A DNA stretch of 64,000 nucleotides from Phoronis australis (Eukaryota; Animalia; Phoronida): the NCBI GenBank assembly GCA_002633005.1, contig NMRA01000064.1:543895-607894 (forward strand), written 5' to 3'. Within the stretch, counting starts at the first letter, position 1. Every line of letters begins with the position of its first letter. Positions 1-15,100 of the stretch are shown here, in pieces. A model generated the notes under the pieces. That model saw only the letters and a list, made by a program, of their open reading frames with translations, ran no database searches and was not told the origin of the DNA. The position numbers were made by a program, and so were the translations under genes.

Positions 1-557
1 TTTTTGACAATATTGGACAAGACAACTAGTTCTTGTCTGTCAATCATCTAAGTTCTTAACAGGTCCTCCTGGAGGCAATTTGTTTGCAAGTGTTGGATTT
101 TATATTTTAACCTATTAAAAATAATTAAAAAATTATGGGTCATGGGTTGGAGAAATAAATGAAAAATATGGGCGGTGGGTACGAAATAAAAGTGCCTTCC
201 CCCCCTCCCATACAGATTTTGCTGGAACAGCCCTAAGTAATGTGATTATTTTAGATTCTGATTGGTTCACAGGACAAAAATGAACCCAGTCATCTAACAG
301 TCTAATTTATTGAGTTATAGTTTGTCTACACAAGTATGTTTCTACTGATCTTTGTCAAGGTGTGAATGCGGAAGGAAAAATTTGAAAACCATATTTGTTA
401 ACTCAGTTGTAGAGTAGATGCATGTCACTTGATTCATATGATTAGAATATACAAAAGTAAAATAAATAGCTAATTCATGCCTTCCATGCTATAAAAATCA
501 ATATACTTCTGGTGTAGGAGAATGCTGGCAAGACAGGTAAATTTGTCTTACTTTCAG

Positions 558-2165
558 GCTAGTTCAAAAGTGAGATCACTGAGAAAGGAACTTCTCCAAA
601 TACAACGTGAAAGCTCTGCGTAAGTATCTTGGTTATAGAAAAGCAGAAACAAGTCATTGCATCACGACTGATGAGTTTTTTCTTCACCTGTTGACCGCGT
701 CGTCGTCTCGGGTAGTGAAAGATTTGAAACTATGTAAAAATGAGGAGACATACATTGCTAAAGATGTCTTTATTTCAAGATGGCTTCCTCATCTTGCGTG
801 GAACCCAATAGGTGCCAGTAGCTTACAATAACCTTTTTCTGATTTGTTGATGACCTGATGAAATATGCCTTGTGGCTAGATGGCAGTAAGGTAATTTTGT
901 GGACAGTGATGTGAATGGATTTAATGCAGAGGGACATTTTCTAGTGTTTTTTACAAATTGTATGCACTGCTGTGCAGTGAAAATATTTGAATGATTCACC
1001 CAAAGATGTTTAACATCTTAAAATGTCCATTAATGGGAGAAATTACATTTAATCCGTCAATTCAGCCACTCCCAACACTAAAGTGTCCCCACGCTGGTGA
1101 ACAAATGTGTATAAATTGCAGTCCTCAAACTACTGCATTTTGTATTGTTTTGTAGCCTTGCTTGGCAGTCATGTCTTCAATAAAATTTTTCTTTTCTGAA
1201 GTTCACTGGTAGTCACCCTGCGTGTTTCGGAAGCGTACGCTTTGTTGGTTTCATAATCAACAGCATTCATATAGCTACGCGTTCTACATCTATGAATACT
1301 TTTCAGATTAAAAAGTGAGTTAAGGAGAAAGAAGGCTGAGCACGAAGCAACAAACACTGAGTCAAAGAAAATGATTTCACTGAGTAAATGGATGGAGAGT
1401 TTTCAACAGACTGTACGTGGACACGAACAAGATGTTCGTGAACAAGAATTGGTAAGATACACAAGTCATTGCTCTGCTTACATAGCTGAAACTGGCAATA
1501 CTTGCTCAATTTAGAACATACTTCCAAGTTAAAACAGATTTGGTGGGAAAGAGGAATTTTTGTTGTCCAGTTGTGCAAAACTTTATATGTGGATAGAATA
1601 CGTTATTGATAAGGTTTACCATGCATATTCAAGCATAGACTAGTTTTTATCAAAAAGAAAATAAACCATAATTTTTGCTCTGACACCCAAACTATCTTGT
1701 CTGGGACATTTTCAAATCTATGACTATTTTTTGCAGGAAACCATCATTTGGAACGTTTTTTTTTGATGAATGATATTTTGTCACCGTTAAATGTTTTGTT
1801 GCTGATAACTAAGGTCTGACACTGATATGTCTGCAGTATTACAACAGTCAGCTCAGGGTTCAAGAACTCTGGTTCTTAACCTTTGCCAATATTCATACAA
1901 CTCACGATATTTTAGTTTCATCAACGCGAAACTTGCACATCGTATGTAACTTTAGTGACGTTGCTGCCTTCTCAGCCATCCAGAGCACTTACGCTATCAT
2001 GAACATGTAATTTTACTAAACTCTCAATATTGTTTCCTTCAGGAATACGACCACGAAGACAATGCAGAGGCGCTGCTGTTAGAAGCAAAGATCAATCTCG
2101 AGTCTATGCAGAAGCTGAGGGTTTATAATGACAAACTGGATGAATGCTTATCATCCAATGGTTGA
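558..2165 (+). CDS. 3' end of a coiled-coil protein gene, CENP-U/CENP-50-like (partial; exons 558-619, 1307-1451, 2043-2165)
   Basis: Three AG/GT-bounded exons join in phase: ASSKVRSLRKELLQIQRESSA-LKSELRRKKAEHEAT...SLSKWMESFQQ...EQEL-EYDHEDNAEALLLEAKINLESMQKLRVYNDKLDECLSSNG*. AATAAA at 2208-2213. The C-terminus resembles my recollection of the CENP-U tail ([34 protein letters not shown]). The exon structure is well supported; the family call is tentative. Confidence 0.55.
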
Positions 2166-3169
2166 CTCATCAATATGTTGATGGTGTGCTTGTTATTGTG
2201 TTTTGTAAATAAAGATGTTTATTTAACACATTTATTGTCATTCTCCAACAATCACATGCATATACATTTACATTAATTAAATTTACCCAGGTTTTAGTAG
2301 TCATTAATTAATATGAACAATGTACGTTAAATAACACACACCACTCATGTATTGCTGAACAACCAGCATTATATATTGTCTATACAGAGCGAGTTTGTAC
2401 AATTTATCACAGTGCTTCCAGTAACATCTATATGTAATTATCAATGGAGTGCTGCTGACCAACCAGCATTACACTTACATGGTCTATAGAGAGTTACAGC
2501 GCTAAAACTGACCACTGAATGTGATCAACACACATTCTAATAGTACCTCGTTAACTGGCTGCCCAGAACTACCAAATAAGGTTTATATGGGCACACTATA
2601 TTATTTATCTTGTCACACATGAGTCGTTCTACAGAAGACAGCCATGACAATGAATCTGATGTGATCCTCCAGCATACGAAGAATAAGCATTCAAAAGATA
2701 CCTGACAGTCCGACACTTGGCGCCAGTCATTTGTTACAACAGGACATAATGTCACTATAAACCATATTCCGACATCAGACACCATGGGGGGGTGTTGGTT
2801 TCTGATGTCGGACTTTCTTCACAGGCATCTTTTGTCTTAGAAAGCGGCACCATCTTATTCTTTGTTCGAATTGAAATTGATAACTAATATTGACATGAAA
2901 TCGTACTGCTTTAATGGTTGATACTAAGCTGCCATAACAACCAACTGTAATAAGTGTGGACAGTTCATCTCTAGTTCAGAAATTGTTTCTAATTTGAGAA
3001 ACAAACACGAGATTAATTTTAAAATGATACAAGGGGCTGGTTTATTTCACCTTTGATAACTGTTTATTGAACTTGCTGAGAACTAAACTCTAAGCTGGTG
3101 ATGCTGGTGTATTTGAGGTCTTTAATGGATACATAAAATAACTAGTCAATCTGTCACCACGAAGACGTT

Positions 3170-6100
3170 TTAATTAAATGATGAGCACAATAATTCCATG
3201 AGCGCTGGCTTGAGAATGAGCCCAGAATTTGTTAGATAGTGCATGAACCTGTAAATAAAAGGGTCGGACGCGTTAAAACACACCTTGCAGAAGTGGATTT
3301 TTGCGAAATATTTACCCAAATAAATCCGAAGCCTTCAAGATTTGTGAAAACCACCCTTCAACAGCTTTCACAACTTAACCTCAACAATTTATACTCTATA
3401 TTATTACACGACCAAATACCTGTGTCCTGTGATTAGCTAAAACACAGTACGTTGACTTCTGTTAGGTGATGTTGACCAGCTAGCTGTTTGAAAATGGGTA
3501 ATTAGCACTGAGGGCCACATTTTGTAGCAACTTCCACGCAACCCAAGCACACTTTACACTATAAGAATGCCTACCTGCGTTTCACTTTAGCTACTTCACG
3601 GCTTTGTTCAGTTTTACATATCTGCCTCAGGGCTGGGACGTAGTCGGTAGAGACACCATATGAGGGTCTCCGGGCAATCTCTGGTAGCAGGCGCTGCACA
3701 CTTTCCACCATCTTCAGATTGGAAGCCAACAGACTGTAAAAGCATGGAGTTTAGGAATCGGTTTTGGTTATTGTCAGTCACACAAATATCAGTTACAAGA
3801 GAGCGTACAATCACATCCCGCATTGCACAACTAGTGTTGTTATTGTGTTTGGACACAAGTGTAAATTAGGGGGTATTGCTTTATGATGACTTTGCATTTA
3901 TCAAAACAAACAATGTCAGTTAATGCTTATAGTTTCCGTGACTGTACTGTGTTAAGGGTGGGGCTGGCAGTATTTTTTGGCATGTTGAAGAACTTGTAGA
4001 CTTCTGGACTTGGGAAGGCATGTGAGTCGCATTTGGCCTTAAATGATGAACTTAGGGAGGCAAACTCACAGAGAAACAGAATTAATAAAACATATGGCAG
4101 TAATTAAGCTTTAAATCTTGGTAAACATGCACAAAATGCAAAAGGGCTTTCTTTTGATCACAACTTGAAGGAACTTTCCATAACGCTGCATGTTGACCTA
4201 ACTTCAAATCCCCATTTCTGAGCTGGATACTAATTTGATCATTTGTCAATGATTCAGCAATTGTTAGAAATCAAGGAATGCTTTCCTTAACAAAAACAAT
4301 TGAGCTAAATTTCATTGACAGAGAATTATTAAACTGTTTCCAAAGAACTTAACCGACGAACATGAAAAATATGACAGTTGACCAAGCAGATACTCTCAAT
4401 CAATGGCGAAATAAGAATCCTAGTTTTTTGTATTAAGGTTACATGTACCCCTAATTAAATTTTTTCTTGAAATAGCTAAGTACCTAGCGACAGTCAATTC
4501 TTACAAGTGCATATTTTCTGAAACAAGGAATTGAAACAAACCTAATCATGTCATTCACAACACTACCATTCTCGTACTAATGTGAGCATGCATTTTCAGC
4601 AAAATGTTGTTTTTATGAAAGGGACATTGATACAGAAAGTCTCCACCAGAATTCACCAAATTTTCTGTATTAAAACTTTGGTAGAACTGTTCAAAAACCA
4701 TGTCTTCTGGGATATTTCATGTAGTTAGTGCAGATATTTTTAATGGTGCTTTTGTGAAATAGTGATACACATAACCTTAAAGGAGCATGCCACCCAAAAA
4801 ACAACCTAATTTGTATCAATTTAGGTCGAGTAGTTCTACTCCATAACGACACGTACGGTTGCGTTACCTGACACCTGACGGCAGACGGAGGTGTTGAAAT
4901 TATCCAATGACGTCATCGGTTTCACACGCAGTCTGTTCAGCAGTTCACAACACGGGTTACTGGTGTCAGCTTATCGCTTGAAGTCATCGTTTAACACCAA
5001 TAAATCATCAAACTTCGATGTAAAACCCTTAAAATCACACCGAATTCTTATAAAAACGTGTTGTTCTATTTCGCTCTTACGGATTTATTGGTATTTTGAC
5101 ACACCGTAGCCTACAAAGTTCGGCAGTCCAATAAGGTCCGTAGCAGGAGTTTGGGGTCGGACTAAATAATTTTGAAGTATTTTCCTTGAGATACAGACAG
5201 GAGAACCTAGATCTGTGTTGTTTAGACTTGAGATTTTTTGAGTTCTAAACACAAAACGCTTGTTATCCTGGCCAGTGGCTCGGAGCACGATCAGGCTCGT
5301 CGCGGCCGGTCGGATTGACTCGTTATCCCCGACAGTGGCTCGGAAACTGATCAGACATCGCGAACATAAACCAGCCAAAGTTCAGTGGAAACTAAACTTT
5401 CATTCAAGAAAATACTTTTCTAGTGAAACAAAGTAATGTGCACCTGATTATGTTGGTGAATTAGCAGCCATGAAACTGCAAATCTACTTACTCGTCGGGG
5501 GCCGCAGCGAATTCAGGTTTCGCTTTGGCCACAGCACCGTCAGGGCATGCAGAAGATGTACATTGACAATCATTATTTGAGTAATGTAAATGTAAATAAA
5601 GATTCCCCTAACACCTGGCCGTGGGATGGAAATTGAGTTGTTTCACAACAGTTTCTGCCAGCAAAACACTAAATTAGCATGAGCTCACACGGCCTGGGTG
5701 TCCTGTCAATTATAGTTTTATTGCACCTAAAGCCGGTAACGCAGTTATTTATTCAATGCTGGCTTCTCAAATCATTTGCACTCACGAACAGTCCAAAGGC
5801 ATTACAAATTGCATCTCAATGAGACAGACTTTGTTTCAGTTTTATGTTTTATATAGGTATTGGTTAGGGTGAGAATAATTCATTTTGCATGCAAACGGAA
5901 CGCTCACAACGCCAACATGGCAACTCGCAATCCCGACTTAGGACGAGCTAGATCTCATCAGTCCCGACTTCGCAGGTGGATCGTTAAGTTTTACAGGCTA
6001 TCAATTAAAACAGGAATACAGTGATGAAGAAATACTAGAGAGGCGCCGTGAACAAGCTCAGACAACGGACCGTATGGAGTTATTTGGTAAGCCGGCATTC

Positions 6101-9100
6101 GTCAGGCACGGTCGACGTCTGCAGGCCACAGACAGGGAGATGTTTCACGGCCTCATACTTGCTATTTACAGCGTACATTTCATTCTTCACTACCATGAGC
6201 CATTTTCCAAGCATTTCGGACTCTCGAGGAAGTAAAAAAAAAACGTTATACCCGCTTTCCTCGCAGCTGCTTAGTTCGCACAAGCGAGAACGATGCACCG
6301 CAACATAGCGGCACTCACTCTGCATATGAACCACTGACGTCGCTAGAGTCGTTTCTCACCTTCCTCACAGGTTAACGCGACACCTCTTGGCAAGGTAAGG
6401 TCGACTGTATGCGAGGCGATGTAGATATAGACCGACTAAGACGGTAAAAAGACTAATGAAATCGGGTGGCATTCTCCTTTAAGGTGAACAAACAAACCAC
6501 TCACCTTTCATCATGACGTCGAGTCAGTTGAAAGGTCCCACCCTCAGTCTCTATTGGAATAACTAGTCTGTCCTTTGCGTTACTGTTAGCAGCACTGCAC
6601 TTGTCCAGTGCACATTGCAAATTCTCACAACACTTTTTCAACTGTCCACATTTAATGCATGCAGACACTTCTGTTATCTGACCGGCCAGCGGCCAATAAG
6701 AATCATCTTGTCGAGTCATATGATCAGCATTGCCAGGCAACAAATTGTTTACTGTGTCTGTCGACTGACTACTTCCCAAATAAGACACTAAATAAGAGTC
6801 ACAGAACGAGAATGTGTCATACAGGTCAGCCAAAGCTCCAAGAGAACTGCAAAGAATATTTTTACCCACGTCATCATTTTTCATTTGACCCTCCTCTTTA
6901 ACTGCACCAAGCTCACTCTTGGCCTTTGCACATGCTTGGGGTTGTGACAATGATAAAAACCCATCGCTCGAGCCTTCGCTGTCGTACAAGTCGTTCAGTA
7001 TCCGGCTACGTTTTGGCTTGGCATCATCGTGACTACCAGGCACGGACTGACTGACTGCTGAACTGTGTACCACAATCTTGGGTAGAGGAAGCAGGTCGGC
7101 CATATTTGAGTACAAGATGTCACCGCCAACAGTAGGAAATGGTGGGGGCCCGCGTCCAATGTCCTGATGAACACACTCCTACAAGAAGAAAGTCATATAT
7201 AGAAATAAAAGTGATTAATATTCTACTTCGAGTAACAAGATACAGCTGTACTAAAAATTTAGTCATAAACTGCACAATTACAAGTTGACTTAGGTCAGGT
7301 CAGATTATACGGCTACTCTTTTCTCATCTGCGTCACCTTGAATGGTGCTCACCATAGTGTTTTATCAAGAACATATCAAGAACAAAGCCCTTTTAGAAAA
7401 TGCCAAAATGCTAGTTAATGATTTCACTTTCATTATAATTTCAAAAATACATCATTTGGCATTAGACCATAAAATAAGGTTAGTTAATGTTAACGTGGAA
7501 TGGATCGCAACTGATAGTTATGATTCAAATGAATACTTAAGAGGCAAAAGTGGTCTAGCAATTCCTCTGTGCAGCAATCGTTCACACAGTGAATGATTTT
7601 CGATTCAATCTGCCTTTGATGAAATCAAGAAACAGTTGCCAAGACAGCTAATGAAAAGAGATGTACACATCCCTAAAATATTGCCTGTATACCCATGTCT
7701 TACTACCACAATTCTCACCACGAAACGGTGGCAGGTAAATAATTCATTTTTTCAATATTTTGTTGTAGAAGCCCTTCATATTTGTTGCAAAAGTACTCCC
7801 ATTTTACGATTGAAAAATTTGTAAATCAAATTGCATAAAATGTTTCCAGTAGAGCAGATATTTCACGGTCAGCCACACGAGAGGAAACAGTGAATTAAAT
7901 TTAAATTTAAACATATAATTAAACTCACTTTTAATCTCTCCAACAGATCCACTGGGCTGCTTCCAATACCCACAATGCTTTGAAAGCTTCCGAAATTCAC
8001 CACTGGGATTTCTTCAAGTGAAACTTTGTTGACGGCTATCAAACTCTTATCATGCTCTAGATTTGACTGTGAACTAGTGTCAAAATCTATCAATGAATTA
8101 TCGCCATCATCGATGATTGGTTGGATTCTACGTCGTTTATTCTTTGGAGCTACAGGGCTATCAGTGATGAGGTTAGACTGGCTGATGTGGTTAGCAATCA
8201 CTTTGTCGCTCGGCGTTTGAGCCCGTTTAACAACACCGCCCCCTGTTGATAACCAAGATTGTAACTGGAGCATCGAGTATCGAATGTCACATCGGCTGGA
8301 CTCGACAACAAGAGCAATATCTTTCGGATCAGTTCTCGCGTTCTCCGCTATGCAAACTGTCTGCAGAAGTGAAGTGATGTTTGTCTGAAAGAAAAGGAGA
8401 CAATGCAGAACAGTGCTTAAGCCTATTTGCCTTCTTCCGACAGGCAAAAATGCACCATGATCTTAAAAATCTTCTTAAGTAGCGCTGCTACTCACAAGAT
8501 CAATATCCCAAAAAGAAAATTCACATGAAAATCAATTATCTGGAATTTTCATTTTATAAGTACACTTTAGCACCAGATCCACTAGTCCACTACAAACATC
8601 ATTCCTTAGTCCACTACAAACAACAAGTCTTACTACAGACTCTGCCTGAGAACTGACTTATCACACTGCGTTAAACTGGGAGAAATGTTCGAGTTCAGTC
8701 TCAAGTAAAGTTTGGTGGCAACAGGCCCTGGTGACTTTTCACACAATAAATGCTCCCTTTTGACCAAACATCTATTACATAACAGTAGCTAGACCATAAA
8801 TGTTCAAAATACGACAAGCACAAATCAGTGTATTCAATCGTCCTGAAAGACATTGCTCATACACTTGTGAACATACTTCCTCATTATTTAGAAACGCAGC
8901 TCACAAATCTGTGAACTAAATTCATGGGTTCAGAATCTTGTGCCTGCACTCACAAAACATGGGCTACAGACAAACTACCATCAACCAACACATGGAGAGC
9001 AGCAGAGTTTGTGGTCCGTGTTTACAGGGCACAGAGCCGTGTTAATAGTCTGTGTTTACAGGGCACAGAGCCGTGTTAATAGTCCGTGTTTACAGGGGCC

Positions 9101-12100
9101 AGAGCTGTGTTTGTGTCCCGTGTTAACAGGGGCCAGAGCCGTGTTAATAGCCTGTGTTTACAGGGCAGAGTCGTGTTAATTGCCTGTGTTTACAGGGCAC
9201 AGAGCCGTGTTAACAGTCTGTGTTTACAGGGCACAGAGCCGTGTTAATAGTCTGTGTTTACAGGGGACAGAGCTATGTTTGTGGTTTGCGGATTGTGTTG
9301 AAAAGTGCTTGAGCAGTGTACACCACCTGCTGGCTGTGTTTACAGGTGACAGAACTATGTTCGTGGTTCACAGATTTTCAAAGGCTCCAGAGCCATGTTT
9401 GTGGTCCATGGACTGTTCAGAGCCATTAGGAGTATGCGGGCCATGTTTACAGCTGTCTCAGTCATGTTTGTGATCCGTGATTGTTAGAAAGTGAGAAACT
9501 GGTTATAAGTTTGTGAGCTGCCTATCTTCATGACCGAGAAATAAACAGTAATTGAAATCAGATGCAGAAGAATAATATTGCTCACCACTGAAGGGGTCTT
9601 ATAGTGGACCAGCTCACACTGGCCATCTATAGGTAACGTGAAGTTTGGGTTGGACGCAGTCAATATGATGGGTTTCTTAGTACTGTTTATCAATGTCTGT
9701 ACAGCTGACCAGAAGCCTTTGTCATCGTCAAAGAGAACGTCAACCTTTAACAAGAAGAAAATGTTACATATTAGTCTTTGGTTTCCAAAGGTTACAGTGA
9801 TTAACTACAGAACGGGCACTTGACTCATGGTGGGTTATGTTCTGGGAATGCCATGGTCACTTCAAAACTTTATATCAGATTTGTGACTCATAAAAATAGC
9901 CGGAATTGACGGAAACTGTAATTTCAGTCGTCAAACAAAACTGAGCAAAAAACTGCAGGCGACACAAATGCCAGTATAATGACATGTCTGTTAAAATGTG
10001 CATCTTCAAAGTACGCTCATAATATGATATGGTCATCTTAATAACCGCATTTATGAAGAGATTATTATATTCAATGTTTTAAAACTTTTATAGCAATTGA
10101 CCGTGTAAATATTAATTTCCAAAATCAGTAACAGCTGACCTCTTCAAACAATATGAGTGAAAGGGAAGACAGGTTGAGTCCCTTGTATGCGATACTGTTA
10201 CTGCTGTCCTGGGAGCTTGCATCTTGCTTGGCTGACAGTTGGCCTGGCTTCCCTGAAAAATGGGAATATTACCTGTAATTTTGCCACATCACTTTTTATT
10301 TCTACACATAACTCAAACTTGATTGAAAACATGCCTGTGCTTCCTGTTGGACAGCTTGATACACACTCGTTCGTAATCTCTACAATTTCCGGTCTTCCGG
10401 TGAGTAGTTGTAAAGCAAATTGCCAATAGACAAAACAAGTTAATATAGTAGCTGTATATTTGTAATATTTGTTTGTAAAGTCTATTGGCAATTTGTTTTA
10501 AACTGCACACTGCAAGATTAGAAATTGTACAGAGAGTATGAGCGATAGTATATCAAGCTGTCCAATGGAAAGTACAGACACATTTTCAACCAAGTTTTCT
10601 GCTACCAAACTATACACAACATTCAACAAAATTCATATGACTGGACCACCATCAATGCAGCCAGAATAAAACAAATATAAAACAGGTGTAATGCCTGAAG
10701 CTAAATTCCAGTTTGGTAGAGAAAATCAGATTTGGAAAATGTGTAACCAAGCAATAAAACAGGAGGACCTGCATTCAGCAGACAATAAAGAAACGTAATC
10801 AGCAGGTAGATGAGTTTTTCTGTTCACAAAAACTGTAGAGCACCTGGAAGCGTTTCATCAACTTTGTGCGCTCACAGCGTGTTGTGAAAGTAGTGTAAAA
10901 ACATAGTCAAACATGAAGACGCAGTTTTGCTTGACATTTGATTGACAGCCAAGGGAACCACAACAGAGAACTCAGTGTCAAAGTTTAGATGCATACCTCA
11001 CAATTTTATCCATTCACATTACAAGGACATCAATCATAGAAGCAATATCTGCATATGCATACAATTGTTGACCCCAGCTCCGCCCCAAAGCTGTTTCATA
11101 AATATCCGGTGAACAAGATTCTCTACCAGGCCTCAAAATCAAATGAAAAGTTATACAACTAAATATTTTAAAAGCCAACATGAGAAAATTTACTACTGAA
11201 TAACCACTTACTTGACGTTTTACTTTTGACACCTTTGGCAGGTGAACTTTTCAGTGTACTTTTAGTCTTTTGGCCATCATCTATCTTCATGTCTTTATTT
11301 GTATTTTTATGCGACTTGGACAAGCTTTTATCACTCGACTTTGAGTCTTCCTTTAAGCTCTTCTTAAAAAATCCAGCGAAAGCAGTTGGTATTTTAGGTT
11401 TCTTAGGTGCAGAAGCTGGTTTTATGTCAAACATACCTGAAAAAGACATGGCCTAGTTAACTTTCAAGTTACCAGGTGATTAAGATGAATGTAAGCTGCA
11501 GTGATAACAGCAGTAAACGTGAAAATTCACGACAAAACCGAAGAAAACAACCCGATACATACTGTCGATAACACCAGTATTGAGACCTTTCCCAGACACT
11601 TGTTGTGACTGCGTAGCCTCCTTCAGTTGTGATAAGATTTGTTTACTGCTACGTTTGCAGGTTGAGTTTACTTCAAATATCTGAAACAGTGAGCAAACAA
11701 AATTAGACTGTAAGTATTCATGACACAGGAAGCTTAAAGGTGCCTCTCCCGTGTTTAGTTGGCTGAAATATGAAAATGAAATTAGGCCTTTTACTCTCAT
11801 AAGATTGTTTTTAAAATTCGCTGATTGTTTTGTAAGCAAGTAAACAGGAAGAAATCTGGCTTTATATACAAGTAATAGTGAACTTAAACGTGATCACATA
11901 AACCATGCAAAACTATGTGTTTTTCTGACTAGAAAAGAACACTTACTAGTGTTGAATCTATTGCGACCATGAACAAACACCTCAGCTATGACTTCACCAT
12001 GGAATATGGTCAGACACATTACCTTGTCAATAACCAAATTCCGGGTCTAACTTCTGTACACAAAACTCGACTTGAAAATTGACGAATTACATGGCAAGCT

Positions 12101-15100
12101 TGGAACCAATTCACAAATTTGTACTCGAGAATCATGAGACACGACTGGCTTCACTTTGAGTCCTAGTCAAGAAGACCGAGGTTAGAGATTAGGCCCTTAA
12201 AATATTGTGATGCAACTTCCTGTTACCTTGTACCCCAACTCCTTTGCGAGCGCCGCCACAGAGGCTGACTTGCCGACTCCATGAGGGCCCACTAGTACTG
12301 TAGTGTTGCACAGGCTGTCATAGTCATGCAAGTTACTGCCACTGTCGTCACTAAGCTCAAAGTCAGAGTCGTCATCGGTCAACCATCCACTCTGAGTGCC
12401 TGCAACATAGTTATGCCCAATTACAAGAAAGCAGCCATTGTAAGATTATAAAGAGAAAAAATGATCTGACATGGTCTTACATGATAGTACTGATTATATT
12501 TTGTGAGAAGGCAAGAACTTTCCAACGCTTGGGTCCGTGACCCTGTGCAATCCCAGTACCTAATATTTTTTAATGTTTACTCAGACCTGAATTTTCTAAG
12601 CTACAAGAATTTTAAAAACAAAAAATAAATATAAAGATTGTTTTCTATCTTGCTTCCCTTTTTGCTAGATTTACAATAAGAAATCCCCAAAGTCTTATTT
12701 AGCTTTAGCACCTCCAAAACATGAACTGCTTGCTCTTCCCAAGTACAGTAATCCCTTCTAAACTAAGTAGGGAACAAGTTGGGCCAATTTTATTACAGTA
12801 AGTAGCCTAAAGCTTATACTAAATACAACTATTACCTTGGGACATCCCGTTCCAAAAAAGGTGAGTATTGAATATTTTGATTGTTGTGAACTAAAACAAG
12901 TTGACATTTTAGGTCTTGTATGGTTATGTTGTGGTCTGAATGGAGTTAATTAGTGTTAATTGGCTCATTTCATCCTGAATTGAAGTTATTGATTTTTGGT
13001 CGCCCTCAGTATAACTTTATATTTTGCATCTTTATAACTCACCCCTTTTATCCTTAGCTTGTTTCATCAGTTGTTTCCTCAACGCCCTCTCCTCTCGGTC
13101 CATCCTCTGTTTCCATTCTTGGAGCCACTGACGCAACTTACGTATGGCACCAGAGTTACCAATGATGTCCTTACTAGTACTCGGGCAATACACATCTGTC
13201 CACAGCTGATTGGCTACTGCAATGTGGATAAAAATGAAACAAATGACGACACAGAGATATCAGTGCTTGTGTACACCACAATCTGTTTTGGTTTGTTGCA
13301 GAAATGAGTTGGGATTTTGGAACTAAACAGTAATGCTATTTTATCACAATACCTAATGTGAACTTAGCTGCAGTTGTAGGATTCAAAAATAGTTTGTAAA
13401 TGTCAAACAAAAACATTCTAAAAATGGGAGGTCTTAGTGAGAATGATGTACCTCCTGGGCAAACATACCCAGTACATGGTACAAGCAAGAAACAACACAA
13501 AGAATTTTCAAATTTTTATAATTTTCACGCGAACTGCTGTTAATGCATCACCTTTATTTCTGGTTAACCATCGTGGACAGAATCAGAATTCATTAGAGTA
13601 ATCACTAAGTAAAATACATCACAATTTGCAGCAGCCTTCATTCACGAGACCAATGAACTGTTATGAATACAACATAGAAAAAACTCCATGTGTTGTGTAA
13701 TATTGTACTTTAGGCCTCTGGTCTTGCATGATTATAACACCAGGGATATTCCTGATCAGGTTTGAACCTGTGCCCGTTGGGTGCACCTGATGACAGAAAG
13801 TGTGCCTTTTTCAAAAACATGTGCCCAGCAGACTTAGAGTAATTAAAGTAGTAACATATGAAACAGAACCCCCAAGGGCAATCAAAATAATAACAGTCAC
13901 ATTTTACCTGACTAAGTTGACTAGAATCTTGCAAGACTGTTGCATTTCAAAAGATGTACTCGGGGGAAGGGGGGGGGGCACTGGTGTACTTGCACCTTTT
14001 TATTTTTTCATGCCCTAATGACGCAAAGGCGCAGTCCAGGAATATCCCTGTAATGCAACATATAAAGTGCAGACAGGGAATTGATTCAATGTTTGTCTGG
14101 CATGGAGAGTTATTTCAGGCCCAAAGGACCAATAAACTTAGTTACCACTAGTAGTCGCCACCTCCTTCCTGTCAGTTTCGTTGGTTTTCTCCGTATGTTC
14201 CTCCACAATAACCACATCATCTGACGACTTCCTTTTGCACCGCTTGGAGCTCCGTCGCCCAGTTTGAGACACATCTTTTGAACTTGCATTCTTAGTCAGC
14301 ACTGTCTTTGCCTGAAAGTAAAGATTTCAATTCATTTGTTAAAGGCTGTAAGTGGCCTACAACAGATGGTACTGTGATAGCTGCTGAATACGCCATGTTG
14401 TAATAAATGTATCGACTAATGTGGTTTAATCTTTAACTGATCAAACTGATGCGCGCGTATCTGTACAGGGCTGGACTAACTTTACCAACAGTATTAAACT
14501 AACATGGTGTCAGGTGTGGCATCGCAATGACAATTTGTAGCCAAAAACTCTTGGTATATTGACATTTTACTGTATTTACTTGTTCACTTGTTTGACCTCA
14601 TTACTAACATAACAAAGTAATGGCTGATGGATTCAGTAAACCTAACCCACATAAATTTGACGGCAATGTCGCAGAAAGTTAGCATGTTTTTGAATGAGAT
14701 TATGATATTTTCATCAATGCCACTAACAACAAGAAAGAAAGTTCTGAATCACAGAGAGTCTGATATTCCATGATGCATGTAGGAGTGTTCAGTCTCGAAA
14801 CTTTGACGGAATTCACGTTTTTTTTGCCAGCTCGTGTAATCAAAGTAAAGATTTGAATTCCTAATAGCTAAACGTACAGTCCCACAATTCTTAACAGCTA
14901 AAGATACAGTCCCACAATTCCTAACAGCTAAAGGTATAGTCCCACAATTCTTAATAGTTAAAGGTATAGTAGCAGACTAATTCAACTCTTCACTCACTTA
15001 GCACACAACATGGCGGATTTGTGGAACTTTATCCAGTCAAGTTTCTCAAGAATAACGAACATTAAGAAACGTTACTCCAATATTAACATTAAGTTTGCAG

